In this document: positions 20,101 through 29,100 of the stretch, piece after piece | Layout: each line of letters begins with the position of its first letter | Numbering within the stretch: the stretch's first letter is position 1 | Origin: an uncultured virus (IMG/VR IMGVR_UViG_3300009151_000055) | Taxonomy: Duplodnaviria > Heunggongvirae > Uroviricota > Caudoviricetes | Length of the DNA: 64,000 nt | Reading direction: 5' to 3' (one strand) | IMG/VR virus record: IMGVR_UViG_3300009151_000055 | Location: 1-64,000 of that record | The notes under the pieces: generated by a model | Told to the model about the DNA's origin: nothing | Databases searched by the model: none | Seen by the model: the letters and a program-made list of their open reading frames with translations, nothing else | Position numbers and translations under genes: made by a program

Positions 20101-23100
20101 GAAGTTTCTAATGATGTTTGAAAAAGATCTTCTTTTTCTTCTTTTCCAATAAATTTATAATCAGCTTTAATCTTAGAAAGAACTAATTCAAAATTAGATT
20201 TAAGATTTTGTACAGATTTTTTAGTTAAAAATTTTATGTAATTTCTAGTATCAAGATTTGCATTACTTCTTATCCAATTAAGATATCTTTCTTCTATTGT
20301 AGAATTATTATCATCTAAAAATTCTATAAGCTTAGGTTTACCATCTCTTCCTGTAACAATGTTTTTTAAATAAATAAACAACTTATCAATGTCAAAGTCA
20401 GATCCCACTTTGTGAACTAATTCAGATGGAACAATTACAACATCACGAAACTCTTGTGGAAGAAACTTAGCAACTCTGAAGACATCAATAGAGTTTTTGT
20501 TTTGTGTTGGAATACGATAGGCAATTCCTGCAAGAGCAGCAATTTGTTTTTGTCCTTCTGGATTATTATTAAAATAATCCATCAACTCTTTGTCTGACAT
20601 ATCACTGTCAAACCATCTTCTCACCATTATTTCACAAACTCTTTGACCATCTTTGTCTTCATAAAACTTTAATACATCTGATGTATATCCTGTTTTTCCA
20701 TTGATTGTTGTTTTTTCAGCTCTCACTGATTCTAACATATCTGAAGACATCTGTACTAATTGTGCTCCTGTTATTTTAGGACTAATCACTTGTTTATCAG
20801 CAATTGCAAAGAGAACATTTCTTAATTGTTGATAGGAGTTTGTAGCTTCTAGTATTGTTGTACCATTTTCAAAATCTTCTAATGCGTCAATCATGTTGTT
20901 GTTAATAGAAGAAAGATTTTTTCTTAACAACTTAACAGTTTTTTTAACATCATCAATTGTGTATATTTTCTCCTCACCCTTCTTTCCAAATTCTTTTATA
21001 CCAAACTTCTTCAACAAAGACTTGTAATTGTTATTTCTCATTTCATCAATGAGTTTTTTGTTGTTTTGAAGTTCTTTGTGTATAGGAGATCTTGTTTCTT
21101 TTTCTTCAGGAGTGAGATTCATCCATTCTAAAAAACGTTCTGGAGAAAACTTAGTGGATTTATTAAAGTCTGCAAAATCAATTGGTACGCCAGCTTCTGT
21201 AAAGTTTGTAGTGCCAATCTTAGTGATTTGACTACCCATTTTTGTTTTTGAACTTTCTTTTGAAGGAGTTTCTGATTGTCTACTTATTATACTAAATGGA
21301 ACATTTACCACTCCCTTAAATGGAGTTTCATCAAAATCTCCCTTATCAGTGTATACAGGATTTGTTTCTTCAGCTCCCACTTTTCTACCACTCTTATATA
21401 TTACATAGTCTATCTTTTCTCTTTGCATTTTGTTGTAAAGCTTCAATGCATTTGCTGTTGGATTTATTTCCATCATCACTCTAAATGATATAGGGAACAA
21501 CGCACATTTGTCTAATAACACATCATTGTAAGATTTACCATTTGCTTTGTTGCCTGCCATTTTAGGCTTTGTAGCTGTATATGTATCTGCAACTCCTGGA
21601 TTACCATTCTTTAAAAGTTCTTGTTCTTTTTCAGAAAGAGGTTTTTGTTCTTCTTTAGGAAGTTGTTCGTTCTTATATCTCTTTTCCCAAGCTACGTCAT
21701 ATCTGTATTGCAACTCGTTATCATCACTCCAATTACTTTCTCTAATTCTAAATTGTCTATATGCTTTGAAAATAATTTTTCCTCCTCCATCACCTTCGTC
21801 CCAAACACCTTTATCACTCACTCCTCGTATATCATCATAAGTGATTGATCTAAGTATGTCTGATTCAAACTCTGTCCAGTGAACATCACCTTTCTCATAT
21901 CCTTCATTATAAAACTTAGAGAAGGCTTTATTCATTCCATCAGAGTTTCCAATAAGTGGTTGGTGAGGAGAGTTGAAAAGTTTTGTACGTTTTAATTCAT
22001 CCTTGTATTGATAGGGATCAGAATAAATTAGTTTATGAAGATCAATGTTTGCAACAGTGTAATTAATAACATTTGATAAAATAAGACTATCAATACTTTC
22101 TATTGGAACATTTTGATCATCTTCAAAATTTAATCCATTGGCATAATAGGTTCCAGCCTTACCGTCCTTTTCTTTTCTTTGTCCTATTATACCATAGTCA
22201 GTTAGTGTTGCTTTTTCATTTGCCGCTTTGTCATAAATGTATTTTTTTACTTCTTCGTCTATTTTGTCTTTGTATGCAAAATGGATCTCAGCAATACTTT
22301 TAGTGGAATTTACAAGTTCGTTATGAAGACTTTCTGAAAGAATTCCTTTGAAAAATCTTAAATCTTTTGAGTCTCTTTGTGTAGCACCTTTTTCAACTTG
22401 TTCTTTGCTAAGTTTTACAATACTTCTGTCTTCTCTAGAAGTCTCTATTTCAGAATATAGAAATGATCTAAATCTACTATACACAGATGTCCAATCTCCT
22501 TTACTAATAGATTCAGGAGATGTGAAATTTCCCATAAACACCATCCATTCCAAACTAGCATCTCCAGGAACAAGATTAAGAAACCATCCTTTTAAATTAA
22601 GGTTTAGTTCTTGTATAAGTCTTTCTTTATAATTTAGTTGTGAAGATTGTTTATTCTTTCCTGTTTGTTCATTAATCATTCCATCTTGCCAACCAATTGT
22701 AAACAATAAGTCATCATAGTTTTCCACTTTCTTTTTTCCTGAATTTGGATCTTCATTATTAATTGGATGAAACATTTCATTTAATAGACGAGAGTTTTGT
22801 GAAAATGCATCTGTAAGAAGATATTCAAAGTTTGTTCCTTGTAGTTCACTAAGGTTTTCAATTTGTGAAAGTGTATTGAATAAAGAACTCATTGCATTTT
22901 CTCCAATAAAAGTTTGAACACGTTCTCCTTTTACATTAAAGAATGTACTAGAATATTCAGGGTTGTCTAAAGAAACTCTCACTGCTGCAATTTGTGTAAG
23001 TCTTTTGTTAATATCTAAATATTTTGAACTAATTGCTTTAAGTTCAGGAGCTAGGCTTATAGAAGTTTTAAGACCTTCTACAGCGTCTTTTAAAATATTA

Positions 23101-26100
23101 TACTTCCTACTGTCGTTTTCTTTTATCTTTAAAATTTCTTCTTTTGTGAAAGAAATTCCAAAAGAATTTAATTCATTTGAAAGAGTTTCTTCATTAGTTC
23201 TTCCTAAATTACGTGAATCATAATTTGCTTTACGTACGTAATATTCAGACTTTTCATTATAATAATAATATTGATTTTCAGAATTTCTTAATTTTTCTTG
23301 AAGAACTGCTTCTATTTCATTTCTCTGTTCTCTGATTTGAGAAGAGAAGTTGGAATCACCCACTTCAATTTCACCATTTTCAAATATGTATAGGTTTTTA
23401 ACAGAAGGTTTTTGTTGCTTCATCACTTTCCACAATGCTTGTATGAGCTGCAACTGATGTCCTTTCTCTAAATCTTGTGGATTAAAAGTGTTGGTGATAA
23501 ATTCTGTCTTAGTAAGACGTTTGTATAGAGTGCGATAGTTAGAGTCTTTCAAAGCCATTTTACGAATCCTCTCAATCATTTCTTCAGGAGTTCTTGATGT
23601 GTATACATTTTCTTTCACCTTTATGAAAACTTCAGTGAGAGGAAGTAGTGTAACTCCTCCTATAGAAGATTCTCCAGTTTCTCTTTTTCCATCTTTGAGG
23701 GTTCCCCTCACTAACGTAGACAAAAGAAGTTTTATAGCACCATCAGCTTTCTTGAAAGCATCCATTGTACTTGCATCTTGATAATCTCCTCTTCCTTCTT
23801 TATCTTCATTCTTGTCCTCGTCTTCAAACTCAATGTTGTATGGCTTTAAATACTCTATGTGCTCTTCCACCATACCGTCCCATTGCTCTTTAGTTTTTAA
23901 ATACATAGAGCCTAATTCATTAAATTGATTGTTTAAAACATCAATTTTCACCTTGTTTTTTTCTTTGTCTTTTTCTTGTTCTTTTAGTTCTTCTCTTATG
24001 GTTTTTAATTTTACAAGAAATGTGTTGTATACATCTTTTTGTATTTTTTCATAAACTGTTTTGTCTAGTTTTGAAATATTGAAGAAGCTTTTGTTCCCTT
24101 GAACAAAATCATAGAGAATGGAATAAGTCATTTGTTGAAGAGTGTCACCAACAACATTTGGTCTAATTCCTTTCAATCTAAACTCACTAAAGTTTGAAGC
24201 AAACACGCTGTCTATATCAATCACTCCTTTGTTTGCTAATGCAAGAGCTGATGTATACAAAGATGGTTTATTGTAATGTCCTGTGCTTATTTTTTCAAAT
24301 AGATTGGCTGTATTAATTTGTGCTTTATTTCCTGTAAAAAACTCTTTTATAAAATTCACTAAATCTGAAAATAGTTTCAGAATGAATGGTTTTCCGTATG
24401 TGGGCTTTGCTGGGATTTTCTTATACAGAATATAATCTCTGAATTCTTCAGCAAGTTGTTCTTTTATTTGTTGTGGAGTTGCTTCAGAGTATTTAATTGT
24501 TTCTCCTGTAGGTCTGTCTATGAATGTTCCTTTTCTCTGTCTGAATTCATCTATTATTGCTTTTTGTTCTTCTGGAGAAGAGAACATTTTCCACACTGCT
24601 TCGAACACCTCGTGATAGACAGTTCCTATTTCTGCATTTTCATAAACATATATTGCTCCGTCTTTAAACATTCCCCAAACTTCTTCTTTTCCATCTATAG
24701 ACGTGATTATATTTTTCACTCTATATACAGGAACATTTGGAAAGAATTTCTTAAGCCATTTAGTTAATTGTTCCCAATTCTCTGGTTCAAATCTTTTTAG
24801 TTCTTCTTTTAGTTTTTTTCTTGCTTCTTCTCTTTTGTCTGTTGAAACATCAAGATTGTCTAACTCATTAGATATATCCTGTTGTTCATTTTCTGTTAAT
24901 TGTTGAGAAGGACTAATTGGTGTAACTTCTGTTTCTTCAGCAGGAGATGTTTCTTTTAGATCAGCTAATAATTTATCATATTTATCATATATTACTTTTA
25001 CAGCATCTTTAAATTCTTGAGTATTTTCAATACCACTAGGAGTATCTATACCTTGAAATAATAAATCACCTTCTTCACCAAAGGTGTCATAATAGTTTGA
25101 TAATTCTTCTAATCTTCTTGCTGCTAAAGTTTCTGCGGTTTCTTTAACAATAGGAGATGTTTCTAAAGCAGCTAGTTCTGCATCAACAAAATTATAAAGA
25201 TCTTGTGGTTGTGTTTTTATAAGATGATTAATCCATTTACCTTTAGTTAACATAGGTTTAACTAATGCATCTCCAGTTTTAATCAACCTTAATATTTCAT
25301 GTTGTTGACTATCTTTTGTAATTACAAAATATGTAGACCCTTTATCATTAGCAACAACATCAGTATATGGTAACCCAATCTTATCTAATTCTGATTTTAT
25401 TTGAGAAATAACTTCTTCAGAAGTTTGTTCCATTTTACCTGAAGCATCTTGTGTTATATTAATAGATACAGGTTGTTTTTCTATTTCCTGCATCCTGTTT
25501 TTAACTGTTTGTGCATCAGCTTTCTTAGCTTCTATATCAGCTTTAGCATCTGTAGAACCAGCAGGAGCTTCTGGAGCTTGTTCTGCTTTTTCAGCTTCTT
25601 GTTTCTTTTTTTCTTCTTGTGCTAATGCTTCTTTTTCTTGTTGTTGTAAAAGTGCTTCTTTTTCTATTAAGGGTAATACTTTATTAAAAATATAAATATT
25701 AAATTTTGCAAAGTACTCTTCATCACCTAATTCATCTAATTCTTTAACAGTTGTTCCCATAGCTGCATAAAGTTTTTTCATTCCTTCAATGCCTATTTTA
25801 TCTTCTGTTTTATCAATATTAAATTTAAATCCTCCAGTAGCACCGTTATAAGTAAAAATATATCCTTCAGGACTTGTATTTTCTGTCACACCATCCACTA
25901 TTAATCTATTTTCTTTAGAAACAATTGGTTGTGTAGCAACCACCACCACTGGTGTAGGAGTGACAATAGGAGCTGAAGGAGCTGTAGGAGCTGGTTGTGC
26001 AGCTTGTGGTGTTACAGGAGCAATGGGTGTAATGACAGCTTTCTTTTCAGGAATTGTGTAATCTTTTTGTAAATCTGTAACAGTGAAATACACTGCTTGT

Positions 26101-29100
26101 TTATTTACATCCCCTTCAACATCTGTCTTTATTGGACGCATGTTTGTTGTTAAAGGAATATCATTTCTATCTGTTGTAAATACCCATCTTTCTTCTTTTG
26201 TCACTTCATTAAACTTGAGCTCTTGGTATCTTTTAGAAATCAAATATGTTTTATAGTTTTCCCATTCTCTAAATACAAGATTACCATCTTCATCAATGTC
26301 TATTATCTCTTTGTATATTTTAGTTTTTGCAACGCTATTAGCTAGCATTGTAGAATTAGTGTTAGTGTACATTTCCTCTAACAATCCTATTATTTCTAAT
26401 TTGTTGTCTTCTATGCTAGAAGATTTAAATTCAAACTGCTTACCGCTTTTTCCAAAGAATAAATAAAGACCATCTTCTGTTCTATTAAACCACAATTGAC
26501 TCACTGAAGCACTTTCTGACATACCTTTAGAGCCCCAATAGATTGTTGATTTCAACCAATTGAGCATGCTTTGAGATTTCTCATCTTTTAGGTTTTTGTT
26601 CTTTTGAACATTTTCTGACAAAGCTTTTAACACTTTGTATATAGTGAGAGCTTGATTTTTATTTAGTCTTCTGTTATTAAGTTTAACAATACTGTTAGAC
26701 AAAACTAATATCACTCTTCCTAAAGACTTACTTATAGAAAAGTTTCCTTTAGCAAATAAATCATTTTTTGTAACCACTTGCACATCAGCAGATGGTATTT
26801 CTGACTCACTAACAAGCTGTGCATCCTCTAAAGAAGTTTTTGCTCTGTAGTCTCTTTGTTCTACTTCTTTTCCTTCTTTGTTTATTTCTTTATAGGTTAC
26901 ATACACAGGATTGCCCCAAGATGCTTGTATTTCGTGAAGTGTGTCAGAGGGTGACAGTAATGTTTTTGTTCTCCATGCTTCAAATTGAGTAGAAAGAGCA
27001 GTTTTTACATTATCATCAATACCTTTTCTAAACATGCTCTGTCCTTTGTATTGTTCACTCCAATCTAGAGTGGCAGGAAACACTTGATAGATTGTGTTTT
27101 CTGGAGAAGGATTTTCAATTTTTTCACCATTCTCATCTATGAAATGGAAGGTGCCATCCTCATTTTGTTCTACCATAACAAGAGCTATAGTTTGTGTAGG
27201 ATCTACAGAGGATGTACCTTTTAGATGAACCATTAAACCTTTATTTGCATCGTATTCACCTTTTTCATTTTTAGGAACAAGTCCTAAAGAAGCTTCATTC
27301 TTTGAAGTGACAATGATTCCACGAATGTTTGCTTTGTTTTTTAGCTTTGGAAATCTCACTCCAAATAGGTTTGCACGTTTGTGGTGAGGAAGATCCGTTA
27401 GCGTGGGTGTTGTACTACTTACCACTTGTAAATCTTCTTTGCGATTACCTGGTTCGAATGTGTCTTGTTCTCCATTCTCTACGTCTACAGTTTTATTCAA
27501 TATAGACACATCAGCCGTATCTGTAATACCCTTTATTACATTTTCATCTTTAAAAACTTCTTCCTCTTGTTTTCTTTTTTCTGCTTCTTTTATTACATTC
27601 TTGAAAGCCATCAAGAATGATTCTTTCACTCGTTGTTCTGAAGAAAGCTTCTTATATGATTCTTCTAGCTCTTTTAGATTTTTCTGTATATTTTCACTAC
27701 GAGATTTTGAAGAAGGTATTTTTAATTCATCTTCTAATAAAGTGATTTGATTTTGTAATGCTAATACAGCTTCTGTATATCCAAGTTTTTCTGCTATGAA
27801 TTGTTTAGCTCCCTCTTCTCCATAGAATTTTTCTAAGTTTTCGAGGTATTCATCTATTACAACAGGTATTTTATTTTCACTCTTTAGCTTACTTACAAAA
27901 TCACTTAACTTTTTTAATGATGTAGTTAATAAATCTTTTAGAGAAGAAAGTATATCGTTTCCTGTTTTAATGCTTTGCTGAATTGTTTCTCTTGTCTCGT
28001 TTAAATCTTTTATATTATCTTCAAATTCTTGGATTACATCTTTAACATCTGTAGGCATTTCTTTTACATTCTCTAACATAGAAGTTAGATATTCTATTTG
28101 CCTATCAAATTCTTCTTCTTCTTCTGTTAAATTTGCTATCATTTTTTCTACAAAAGGAATTTGTTCAGAAGCTAATTTAATAGCATCTAAAGTTCTTTGT
28201 AGTTCTAATCTAGCTTCTTTTGTAGGCTTTTTAGCATTAGAAAGTTCTTCAAATCTTTGTTCATCTTTTTCTAATTGCTCTCTTAATTTCTCAAGTTTCT
28301 TTTTGTTAGCTTCTATTTTATTATTAGCTTCTTTAAGAGCAGATTTAGCATCAGTTATTAATTTCTCAATTATAGTAATTCTGTTGTTAACTTTTTTCTC
28401 TAACAATGATTCTCTTGATTCTTCTGCTATAACTTCAGCTAATTGTTTTTTCTCTTCTTCAGTTTGTGTAGGAGTGATTTGTTTTTCTTCTGGAGTGTTG
28501 AATTTATATTCTTCGCCAGGTTTCACCTCACCTATTTCCACCATCTTTGCTTGTGCAAACCCTTCAGATGCTACAAAATCTTTACCATCCACTTCTATGG
28601 TTTTTATCTTACCCGCACCATCCATGTATGTAAATAATAGAGTGCGAGTTTTATCACTCCATCCTAACATTCCTTCTACAGGAACTTGTAACTTGTTACC
28701 ATTGTTGTCAGTTATAGTTTTTTTCTTTCCGTAATATTTATATATTTTATTAATTCTATCTTTATAAAACTTTGCTTTTATATTACTTTCCACTGTAGAA
28801 ACCTTGGCTAAATTGTAATTTAACAATACATCTTTATCTACATCTCTCTCTTGACCATTAGCATCTTTTATTTTAATTGTCCCATCTGCATTTTCTTTTA
28901 TAACAGTGAGTGTAGGGTAGGTGGTGTATTTAAAAACTTCAGATTCTCCAAAACTGCTTTTAAAAATTCTTTTTCCTAACATGTACTCTGTTCCTATTTC
29001 AATATCTCTTTCACCTTTCTTGGTTTTTACTTTTATTGTAGGAATAGGCTTTGGAACAGTGTTCCCTGCATCATCAACAATTGTTTCTTCTTTTTTCTTT

